Below are positions 50,850 to 61,827 of a stretch of 64,000 nucleotides of DNA, piece after piece. Numbering within the stretch: the first letter of the stretch is position 1; every line of letters starts with the position of its first letter. The stretch lies in contig NW_003314328.1 of assembly GCF_000143415.4 (NCBI RefSeq), forward strand, positions 771,889 to 835,888. The letters run 5' to 3'. The translations under genes and the position numbers were made by a program. The notes beneath the pieces were generated by a model. That model worked only from the letters and a program-made list of their open reading frames with translations, did not search any database and was not told the DNA's origin. The stretch comes from Selaginella moellendorffii. Lineage: Eukaryota; Plantae; Lycopodiophyta.

Positions 50850-53229
50850 GGGTTTTGGTCGAGGAAACGTGAAGGGCGGAAATACTCTCCTCTGCAATGT
50901 GGGGTCAATCGCATCCGATGGTGTGTGGGCACATGCCATTTCAGCTGTAGACTCTGGTACAATTGGCTCAACAGTGGCATGGGGTGGTTCCGATGGTGTG
51001 TGATCACACGCCATTTCAGCTGGTGCCTCCGTTGGCAAAGTGGACATGACCGAACAGGCAGTAGGGGCGGTGTAGGGAGGTTCCAACGGCATGTAGTCAG
51101 ACGATTGGGCACACGTTGAGTCCGTTGGAAATGAGGATACGACCGGCTCGGCGGCTGGGGCGGCCTCATGCGGGTCCAATGGCGCCTGGTCACCGTCAGT
51201 TGGATACGTGGACAAGATTGACTCAATGGTATGGGCAGCATCAAGTGGAGCGTGGTCAGCTTGCTTGGCGTTGATATGGATAGTAGCCTCCACCAGCTCT
51301 GATGACTCTTGCAGGCAAGTAGAGTCCACTGGCGGATCCATATGCATGTCCAAATATCTCCCTTCGATTGAGATGGTATCCTCCCTATTGGCTACTAAAA
51401 ACAAACTCATTAGCACATTGAATCGACTATACTGTATTTACCATCAACTGCTATTGGGCGCACTATTGATTCTGAAGGATTGGACATACGTTTCGACCCT
51501 TGCTTGGCACTATCCTTCCTCGACACTAAAGGCTAGAGTTTGTATCTTAATTCAACTGAATAATCTCTACTTACCATTTGCTCTGCGACCTACATGGACA
51601 ATGTTAGAAATGGTAAAAGGTTAGGAATGGATGTACTATTATTTACCTGATGGTTTGTCTTGTATGACCTTCCTCTGCTGCTCTTTGGCCACCTCAAGCT
51701 GGCCATCGTCGTCATCATTATTGTGATCGTCACCATTGTGAGGACCATCCAAGTCCTCTTCGTCCTCTTCTTTGTCCTCTTCTTCGTCCTTCTACTCTTC
51801 CTGCTCATTATCTTTCTCTGGCTCCTCATCCCCCTCCTGCATTTCTTCCATAGGCTGCTCAGGCTGGATGGCTTGTTCTTCCAGGACCATCTTGGGAAAA
51901 TCATTTGGCTGAGTCTCCATCTCAAAATACAAGACATCCATAGCCTATTTTAGTGCGTGACCTAGGACCGTATCCTCACCCGACTGTCTTAACATGGTTT
52001 CTGCACGTTCTTGCACCCTTCAAAGACGACGAGATGAGAAAAACGTGGCCCTGACTTGAAAAGCATCCCTCATCCATTGTACCTCTCCATTGAGATTGGG
52101 GAAGGGGAGTCCGCCATAGGAATCTGAGTTAGGAGGTGGTGACTGGCTGCTTTCACTCAACCCTTGATCTGCAATGAATGGCATGAGCACACACGCCATA
52201 ACCGCGAGGCATTACCTATCATCTTTTCGTTGCCCTTCTTCCTTTTTGAATCAAACGCCTCTGATCCCGACGACTGTCCAACGTGCTTTCGCTTTTTATG
52301 ACCACTGTCAGTTTGAGCTTGATCTGCAAGAAATGGCATGAGGACCCACACAATAACCATGACGCTTTACTTCCCGTCCTTGGAGGCTCTGTCGTGCCTT
52401 CTGCATCCTCAGGTGCCTGCTCCTCAATTCCCTTTCGCTTTCGTTTCTTATGCGCCCGTTCTACAGAAATAGCATGAGGACATACGCGATAAGCACACAA
52501 ATGCTTTTACCCTTCCTCCTCTGCCCTGGTCGGTTGTCCATCTCTTTGTCTACAGCGTCTGAAAGCTGTTTTGCAGGTAGCCTAATTCGAGGTTCACGAC
52601 GTCTCCTTGGCACTTGAACTATTTCGGAACTCTCCTTATCACTCTCCGAGGCCTCCCCCTCCTCCACTGGAGGCACGTTGTTCCGTTCGATTTCCTCGAC
52701 ACGATCTGCAAGAACATTAGTTAATTGCGTGGGGCCACACGCCATCAAACCTTCAGGTTCTTGTCGTGAGGTCTGCGCTGCTTGCCCTAGTCTCTTTGGA
52801 ATTTGAGCTGCAAGAAGCAATGGCATGAGAATTCACGTATAACAAAAATGATTGGTACTTCTTGTCCGTTGTACTTGGCTAGTGCTTGCCTATTTTGCCT
52901 TTGAAGAAGTGTCTCCTGCAAGGAATGGCATGAGACCACACGCCATTGCAAATATAATTTGTACCTCCTTTTTTCCTATTGCTTGTCTGTTTGTCCTTCT
53001 TCGACGTGCCACCAGTGCGCTTTTCAGTCCTTGTGTCTGAATATTCACAACGATCTATAATCAAAATGGCGTGAGGCCTCACGTGACCTTACCTTGTGCA
53101 GGTTGTGAGCTCGGCCCAACATGGGTATCTTCAACAGTAGCTGTTAACGCCGTTTCAGCATCTGGGGGTGGCCACGCTCCTGCATACAGAGCTTGTGAGA
53201 TAACATTTAAACTTAAAGTGCGTACTCAC

Positions 53230-53950
53230 CAGGTTCGCAGAGAAGATACTATTTTTCTTTGGCAACTGTAATTATATGCTCCATTGAAGTCACCTCTTCA
53301 ATGGAGTTTGTCACCGCAACACACGAGACACCCTTGAGTAGTGCGGCTCAAAAGAATAGTCCGCCGCAGTTGTACTCGAAAACGCATTTGCCCTTGGAGT
53401 CGGAAGCAGGTGACCCACCCGCTATTGTGTTGAAGACCCAACTGAGCATTTCCCATGCTGCACTTGGAGCTTTCTCTGGATTCGAAAGCTCCATAGCCGT
53501 CTTCAGTTCCTCAGGCACGGGTAAATTGACCTCCCTCAGATCAATTCGATCGGCCTTGTCGAACGAAGTTGGGAAGTCACTCCAGTCCCACTCTGCTGCA
53601 GGACCAATAACAAGGGCGAGTGTGAAGATGCGGACATTCGTCGGTATCTTCTTCTTAGCCATTATCCCATGGATCTCCCGCATCTCCTTGCCTTTCAACC
53701 GAGCCTTCACCTCGTTCAAGGCCTTCTAGAACTTGTGATAGGATTCGGAGTCGTAGATCATATAGTGGACTGAAGATTCCACCTCCGCAAGTCCCACCAT
53801 TAAGTCAATGATGGAGCTGACTTCGTCTGCATGAGTGATCTCCTCGTTTGTGAAGTCCATCACATAAAAGATGTTCTTGACCTGCTCATCTCTGCGGGAA
53901 ACGATGCTCCTCCACCTTTGATCCTCATCCGAATTCACGTATACCTGGTA
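53230..53950 (-). pseudogene. Degenerate N6/N4 DNA-methyltransferase-like domain of the cargo gene
   Basis: EKAPSAAWEMLSWVF...KCVFEYNCGGLFF*AALLKGVSCVAVTNSIEE parallels QKP...VLDPFxGSG...AA...GR..IGIE. NIFYVMDFT sits where DPPY would be. By-eye similarity only. Confidence 0.45.
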
Positions 53951-54729
53951 AGGTTCTCGATAGGCCTCTGCTGCAAGGTCGAGCTGTTTCTGAAGCCGGC
54001 GGTCGACATCCCTCTTAATGAAATTTGGATACTGATCCAACTTCTCAGCTTTACTTTTTGTGGCATCCCGCAGCAGATCGATGAACTTGGGGGCCCCCTT
54101 CACGTACTCGTCGATGTCTTCATTTGACAACTCTAGCTCTTCCATCATCTCTTGCATGGTGTCGATGCTCACCCTCTCCACGGCCACTTGCTCGAAGATC
54201 CAATCTTTCAATAGCGCACGAGCTCTCAGAGTCGTGCACAAGTCCTCGTATGTCACAATATGGCCGGGAGTCATTTTGGTCTTGTTGAAGACTACCTCAC
54301 CACGTAGAAGAGCATTAGCCACTGTCAGAAAGTCGTCGTCGTCTAGAGACCGCGAGAAACGCAAGGTGTTGAGCTTCAAATCATTGGGCTTCCGGCTGTC
54401 CTCCACACTCATTGAGTTTAGCAACTCCCCGTCATGGTACCTCCTCAGCACATCTACCCATTTGTCAAAAACAACTTTTATCGCGAGTAGAATGTTATGG
54501 ATGCTGAGTGTGTCATTGACCCCCAGTGTTTTCGAGAGAAGACTCGAGAATTCCTGCAATGGAAATGGCGTGAGGCCACATGCTATGCCACATGCAACGA
54601 AGCTTACTTGCCAGGCGCTAGTTGCTAGTGCACGTCCTTGTCCTAGCTTTTGTGGCTTCTTCAGTTGAACCCAGAGCTTCCGTGTTCGTGCCAATGTCTC
54701 GTGCAGACCCGATTTGTAGCACGTTTCTT

Positions 54730-55120
54730 GCTTGACATTCTGCGCGTGGGAGATGTATATGATAGATCGGAGGGGCGAGTTGCCTTTTATCAGGCGGACA
54801 ACTCTTGTCTTGAAGACTTTCTTCACCTCCTCGCCAACCATAATATCCAGAACTATCTCTTGCATCGCCAAGCTAGAATGCTGCCCGGAGACGGCATAGA
54901 ACCGGATGTTCTGATCGTCCAACACCTTCCTATTGATCAAGTCTGGAAACCTCATCTCGCCCTTCATTGTTCGGTAGTAGGGGATCACGTCTGCGATGTC
55001 GGGTGTTACTGGACTTGCCAGCATCTTCTGCTTCAGTTTCTCCACCCACTCATCAGATACTAGCCTGTGGTTGTATTTGCTTTCGATGTCGATGTGGCTC
55101 ACGTCGATTGTATATACTTT
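54730..55120 (-). pseudogene. ParB/sulfiredoxin-like domain of the cargo gene
   Basis: IDVSHIDI...NHRLVSDEWVEKLKQKM...FYAVSGQHSSLAMQEI...IIYISHAQN follows the ParB-N pattern (xxR...L...I; hhhxGxHR..A; ExN). Confidence 0.65.
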
Positions 55121-56029
55121 GTTGGAATAGTAACAAGTACTATTATCTGCGACGATTTTTGCTGCCTCTTCTTGCTCTTTCTGCTCTTTGTGGCTCTTCT
55201 TTTTGGTGGGTGTAGTGTTCGAACCCGAGGCAATGGCATCACCGAGTAGCTTCTTTTATGGAGCAGGAGAGTCGGACGTCGGCTTGAGTTTGACCACCCT
55301 TTTCTGCTTCGGGGTAGTTTCCAGATCGACCCCCTTCCCCTTCGCTTCGCGAATTAGAGTCACTCTCAACGGCTCAATGTTGGAATATAGTTTTTGAACA
55401 TCGCCGTAGGTGAGGTCCGTGGATTCCATGTGATCTTCATAGACCCGCAGCGTCTTTGAAATTGTGGGCCTCCTGGACAACCTCTCCCTAGCTCCCTCTA
55501 GGAATTCCTCATAGCCGCTGCCCCCCTCCGAGAAGCCGCTAGGATGTGTAAGGTGGATCTTGAAGGCGGACGCTGTCTCTACCACAAGTGCCAGTCCATA
55601 TTCTTGCATGGAACTGCATGGAGTGTCTGTCACTTGGATGAGGATCCCCATGCATTCTTTTCTTCCACCATCTGTGTTGTACAGCCTCAGATCCTCGCCT
55701 TCCATCCCGAAAGTCCAACTGGTGAGCTCCTCCCCCTTCTCTGCATCCACATTGACAGTGGCTGGAAAAAGAACGCAATTCCTCGCCTGTTCAGAAATGC
55801 ACAACAATTAGAGCTGACAGATGAAAAGCTAGCAGCTGGAAATAACGTGAGGCCACACGCCATTCACCACTGTATCAGATGTCTTGAGGCTGCATCCTAA
55901 GATGGCGTGAGGCTACACGCCATCTGTAACCGGACTGCACTCGAGAACCCAATCGGTACATGCCAATGTTGTTACTGAATGGCATGTGGCCTCATACCAT
56001 TTTCTACTTGGCCTAAAAGACTTACCATT

Positions 56030-58470
56030 TGAAGCCGAATGGAGGCGTGACAATCGAGGCCGGACTCACTGGCGAATGTGCACTGTGTGTGTAGCGGATC
56101 GTAGCAACAAGGCTACTCTGCCACTTATAGTTGGAGAGTGGCGCTGAAATCTCCCGGGACGCCAAGTGGGCTGCATGTGGGTGGCGGAGTGGGCGGCGGA
56201 GTTGGCGGCGAAGTTACAAACTGGGTGTGTCTTGAAGTGGACGCCGATGCACACGAGCGCGATGCGAGTGCGAGTGTGATGCAAGCGCGAGTGGACGCCG
56301 ATGCACACGAGAAACCTGTAGAGAAGGTAGATGAGCGCGAATGTGAGCGTGATCGCGAGTGGGAGCGCGAGTGCGAAGCAAAATGCAAAACCTAACCTCA
56401 CACGTGCGAAATGTCACGACAGTTGGTAATCCCGCAACGTCATCATTCCTCGGACTTGGGCGCCACCATTAATTTCTGGATCACCGCGCGCATGCATGCA
56501 CGTGAAATCCAAAAGAAATCCGCAACGTCATCATTCCTCGGACTGCATGCATGCATGCGAAATCCAAAAGAAAGATCATGATTGGGATATCATTTAATAC
56601 CCTCGCTATATTTATACCATGCATGATTGGATATTCCAAAGCATCTTGTATTTCCAAAAATGCCAGATGTTCAACTAAATAAAGAATGGTATACAATGTC
56701 CTTCTTGATGACCCTGCAAAGAAGCATCTCAATCGGACACCACATGAGACCACACGAGCCTTACAATGTTTCAGGGGCATTTGCCATAGATCCGACCGTT
56801 ATTTTGCTCTAAGATTTTACAGTTTGGTGTGCATTAACCTTTCCATCGACACTGCAAAGGGACATCACAATCAGATGCGGGATCACAAGAAACCAACTTC
56901 ACTAACTCTGGTTTTACCAAGATCTACGTAAGGAGTTATGAAATGAAAGGACCCTCTCTATGGAAATGTGTTTATGGTCCTAGGGGCATTGTGACATATC
57001 AAAGGATTTTGCATCAACTTCTGTATTTGCATGTTTATCAAGCTACTGAATTGCTAAACCCTAAACCCTCCCTAAATATGTGGCAAATGCTGTGTGAAGA
57101 AAGATGCCCTTTCTGGGCAAATGCTGTGTGAAGAAAGATGCCCTTTCTGGGCAAATGCTGTAAGAGGCAGATGCCGAGCAGTTACACGGCGAATAATCTT
57201 GGCACGGATCGCTGACATGGCATGGCAAAGTTCGTGGCTGTATTTGCATGTTTATCAAGCTACTGAATTGCTAAACCCTAAACCCTAAACATGTGGCAAA
57301 TGTTGCGTGAAGAAAGATGCCCTTTCTGGGCAAATGCTGTAAGAGGCAGATGCCGAGCAGATGTATCTCAGGCTAGCGAAGGGGACAAACGAAAGCTAGC
57401 TATAAACATGACGGGATGCAAATAGATTACTAGGCTGGTCCTGCGAAAATCAAAAACCATAATTGAAAACATTGAAAATGCAAAAAGAAAGGTTTATAAT
57501 ATTTTTGAATTTTAAGCAACCAAAGGAATGTAAGTAGGGCATGTGTTTGTAAGTTTAAAAATGCCTCAACCACTTAAATTCCCAAGTAAATAAAGCTGTT
57601 TCTATTTTTGGTACAGGTAAACTTTATAGCGTGTGGGCTCATGCAATTTTGAACCCAAAAATGCACCAAAAAATGCTCGACTAGCATTATTCTTTGAATG
57701 GCGTGTGGCCTTATATTGCCATAAATGGACGTACACACACAGCATAATTATTCCTTTACACAGCGAATAATCTTGGCGCAGATCGCTGACATGGCATGGC
57801 AAAGTTCAAATCACTGACATGGCACAGCTGGATCGAGGCAAGGACATGATGTTGCAAAGTTCAACCTCCGACAGCAAAGTTTAGAAGCTACTCAGTTTGA
57901 AATTTGTCAGAGGAATCATAAGATCTGGTTTGTCAGAGGATTTGATGTGACGTTCAAGCGTGTGTTATTTTTGAATTCTCGAACTCATTCCTAGGTCTAT
58001 CATTTTTGTGCGCCATGTTCTTGGTTCCGCTGAGCGCAGTGAGCGCTGCTTGTGTAAGCAGCGTTGTGAGCTGTGGTTTATGCGTCTACGAGCGGTTGCG
58101 GCATTGCGAGTGCCATTGCGAGCGGCAGTTTATGCGAGTGGCAGTTTGTGCGAGCGGCGCTACGAGCAGTTGCGGTGGTGCGAGCGGCGCTACGGTACCA
58201 CTAATGGTATGAGGGCTCATGCCATCTTGGGGCTTGCAAGTTCATCACTAGCATATTGCCAATAGTTTCTTTACCTGCCTGTAGCTGTGTGTTTATCAAG
58301 ATGGCATGAGGGCTCATGCCAATTTTGTGAATGCGAAATTTCACGTGGGTGTCAATAGCATGTTTGAATAATGGCATGTGGCCTCATACTATTGAGGTTG
58401 TTTGGTATGTTATGATTTAGGCCATTTTCCAATCATTTTTTGTATGGTTTTAACTTCTTTTCTGCACTTT
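56030..58470. promoter_or_regulatory. Divergent promoter/5'-UTR region between cargo gene and transposase
   Basis: The two genes are head-to-head. GC-rich repeats at ~56140-56400 and ~58030-58200, telo-box-like aaaccctaaaccct at ~57056 and ~57274 within a ~218-bp duplication, and splice acceptor tttcag just before the transposase ATG. Confidence 0.55.
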
Positions 58471-58474
58471 CAGA

Positions 58475-60929
58475 ATGGCCTCCGCAAGTGCGACGCATGT
58501 TCCCTCCGTGGATCTTAAGAACCGTGCTACATGGATTCAGGCAAAGGTGTTTCTAAACAACCCCGAGGGGGAGGTGGTAGCTGAGGGCTTAGCCACAGTT
58601 GTCGATCCAAGAGATGCAGTTGCTAATCAAGAATTGGGCTGGGATGATATTGGAGTTGCGATTTTAGAGGTTGTTGACATAGAAGAAAATAGTCTGACTA
58701 TTGGAAGCATTGTGCAGTGGAAATTGAGGCACTTAGTGTTTGAGAATGTGAAAGATTCACAATCAAACACCACTACAACTGATGACAGAACATCTCTTCA
58801 TGGGAAAAGAAAGTACACCTTCCTAAAGCGCAGCCAAAGGGATCTGAGCAACGAACTGAAAAGGCAGAAAATGGCGATGGAGGTTCGAATGGTCTTGACA
58901 GTTGCTTGTTGCAAGAGGAGGTGCTGTCAACATGCTGATTGGGATGCTATTGAAGCTGAGCCAATCTAGATTTAGTAGATTGTGGAGCAACAGGTTCAGG
59001 GATGTGAGTATAAGAAAGTACACCAGCTTTTCAAAGTGTGACGAGTGCACTACTATCAAAATGGCTTTGTCGAAGAATTCTTGCATCGCTCAAGTGCGAG
59101 AGACGTTGGTTAGAAGGCGGCTCGACCACAACATCGAGCAGAGAAGCTGCAGGACTGCATATTATCATAACAGGATTCTCTCCATGGAGAGACCTGACTC
59201 TTACCTCTGCATCATCCACGACAAAATGGACCAGAAAAAGACGTGCTTACCTCGACGCAATCCTGCCCCCAAGGCAATCTCTTCATCCATGCAGCTGCCT
59301 GTGTCTCTGTTTGGCATAATCGCTCATGGGCATGGTGCCCAGAACTATGGGAACTTCTTTGTACCTCTATGGGGTGGCAGGGGTGCAAACATGATGATTG
59401 CATCCCTAGCAAAACACTTAAGGTCTCTGCAAAGTGCGCAGACTGAGCTGAACGGCCAACCCTTGCATAAGGCCCTTGTCGATCGAACCCCATACAGGGT
59501 TCAGCTGGAGGAGGAGCAAAGGCTTGCAGTATCGCGTGGGGCCCCATGCCATCCCAGTGAATATGTTGGCCGTCAAATTATAGGGTTATCACGTGAGGCC
59601 TCATGCCATTCCGACGAGGCTGGTCGCCCGGTGAATGCACAGCCTCATCCAAACGAAGCAGAATCTCAAGGAAGTTCTTGCGGCCGATGTGGCCTTCCAC
59701 CCCATCTTCTGCTCCAAACAGACAATGCTGGCAGTGAGAACAAAAACATGTACGTCTTCGCGTACTTGGCGATGCTTGTTGCCAAAGGCATATTTGAAAC
59801 GGTTACACTTGGCTTTCTCATGGTTGAGCACACTCATGAAGACGTCGATGCCATGTTCAGTCACCTGGTAGAGTCCCTCCGGCAATCCAATGTCCTCACC
59901 CTCCCACAACTCTACGATGAATTCCAAAATTGCATCAAAGGCACTGTTGAAGCTGCAGTTGTGACAGAGGTTCCAGACTTTAAGGGGTTTGTAAGAGGCT
60001 ACATCAGGGACGGATCCGAAATGCTGATTGGCCACTCCAAGCCTCTTCAGTTTCATTTCAGCATGCGTGACGGTGCTCCAGTGATGAGGTACAAGATGAG
60101 AGAATGGGACACAGTGTGGCTGCCAGTGGACGGCATTGAACTCTTCAAGAGAGATCCCATAACTGGGGAATGTATGATTCCTCAGGGTTCCCCACAGCCG
60201 ATGCACCCGGATGGACTCAAAGACCAGGAAAGTATAGTGGGCGGGATTAGACAGCATATTGCCTTTTGGAAGAGGGGTTGGTGTTTGGTGGAGAATCCTA
60301 TTTTCAGAGGTGCAAGCCTTTGCTCGAATACTAGGAGAAGATTATATCTGCTATCCAAAATGGGCCGGTTGTATATGAAGAATTGGAAGAGTCCTTTTGG
60401 CCAGAACCCAGAGCACTAGATAGTAGTGGAACAATGTCCTCTGGAAATGCAGTGACAGATAACGATGTTGAGGATCACTATTGTGGGCCGAGGAACAAGA
60501 AGCCGGATTCAGCATTCAATCCAGTATAGGTCTGCAAAGGAATGGTCGTGCTTGTCAGACCTAGTAATAAAAAACAAATGATATGGGTGGGGCACTGCAT
60601 CACTGATGCAGAGGAGGACGTGGAAACTAACTCCTTCAATGTAACTGTGGAGTGGTTCAAGCCAAGTTCCGGATATACGAAGGATTGCCTAGAAAAGAGA
60701 TGGGTGCTGAATCCAAGGGATCCCAGCATGAGCATATCGGTGGATAATGTTGTGCATGGTTGGATGCGGAAGCAAAGTGCCACCATCACCTTGCCAGACC
60801 ATGCAAGAGATGCAGCAAGAGTATTCATAACCCGGGTTCAAGGTGAGATTCATTAATATTCTTTTACTAAGTTTCTAATGTATTTTATTTCAAGGTGAAC
60901 AATCCGAATCTGAATCAGAGGAGGCGTGA
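58475..60929 (+). pseudogene. DDD-type transposase (Sola-like / DUF7869-type), frameshifted
   Basis: FSKCDEC, IIHDKMDQKK, LQTDNAGSENKN and FLMVEHTHEDVDAMFS motifs in ORF 58902-60419, with N-terminal ORF 58475-58969 and C-terminal 60542-60856. Frameshifts near 58960 and 60275; probable last intron 60844-60894. Confidence 0.82.
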
Positions 60930-61569
60930 TGGCATGTGGCCTTACGCCATTCCTAGGTGAGATGATACAAATAACAAGTATAAATTCTTAGTTGTTCTAG
61001 CAAATCTTACTTAAAGTTCAAGGTGAACAAGCCAAATATGAATTCATCGGATTGTTATAACAAATTGCGAGGTGATGGCATGAGGCGATACGCCATTTGA
61101 GAGTGGTAGCCATTCCTATATGAGGTGAGTGAAATATTTATTAGAAATACCTCATTCAATTGTGCACTTCTAAGTCTTGGTCCACTCAGTACTGTTTGCA
61201 TGTTTTTATTTTAATTCTTTCTCTAAAATGTTATTTAGCATGTGGCTTCATGCCATTGCTCTCCACAATCATGCATTGAATTTTTCTATCCTTGCATAAT
61301 ACTTCTCCATATATATAGCATGTGCGCACATGTGATATGGTTCATTAGGCCTGATATAGTGTGTGAGGTAAAACAAAAATGATATGACATATGCATCTAC
61401 CAATCACACGTGCATAAATCTAATAATATGGCGTGTGGCCCATATTAATGGCACATAAACCCATATTGTGGGCTTACGTGCTTTATGTATCATCATTCCC
61501 TTGCAGCGTGTGTGTTGGTTTCCTTTTATAACACAACGAACTCCATATTTTAGGGTGACGAGCGTTCTC

Positions 61570-61827
61570 ATGGCAAGCACAAAATCTGTAAGTGAGGCAG
61601 AAAAGGAGACGGAGAAGGAGATAGGTGAAGATGTAGAATATATAAGTCTTCCAAACTCCCCGTACTATACTCCAGGTGATCATTTTTCTGAACAAACGGC
61701 AACATTAACAACTATCGAGAACGCCCCAGTAACGTCAGAGACAACAATCCAAAGCAAAACAACTGACCCGGAGAAGGATGATAGTAACGCTGAGAGTACC
61801 AAAAAGGAGGTGTCCACTAGCGCTTAG
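61570..61827 (+). CDS. Small acidic S/T/E-rich ORF (85 aa) or exon of unknown function within the transposon
   Basis: MASTKSVSEAEKETEKEIGED...KKEVSTSA*, preceded by acceptor-like attttag (~61553); its 3' end is conserved at positions 1-22. Confidence 0.35.
   Translation: MASTKSVSEAEKETEKEIGEDVEYISLPNSPYYTPGDHFSEQTATLTTIENAPVTSETTIQSKTTDPEKDDSNAESTKKEVSTSA

Larger units (their letters stand above)
48048..56028 (-). pseudogene. 15-exon cargo gene (~1746 aa): ParB/Srx-like + degenerate DNA-methyltransferase-like + disordered linker + FCP1/NIF HAD phosphatase
   Basis: Hand-built model. ATG at 56026-56028; GT-AG introns 55787-56025, 54554-54607, 53180-53229, 53037-53092, 52916-52964, 52808-52858, 52706-52750, 52461-52510, 52324-52370, 52169-52215, 51590-51646, 51526-51574, 51392-51441, 48911-48957. 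With the solo LTR and one TSD removed, exons sum to 5241 nt in one frame, with about 9 in-frame stops and no frameshift. Confidence 0.78.

Noticed and set aside
51660-51953. Plus-strand 97-aa membrane-like ORF
   Set aside because: Antisense of the acidic E/D-rich exon 11 of the cargo gene.
52169-53092. Palindromic repeats with unique spacers resembling a CRISPR array
   Set aside because: Spacing is irregular (about 95-255 bp), repeats are degenerate, the spacers are in-frame exons, and there are no cas genes in this eukaryotic context.
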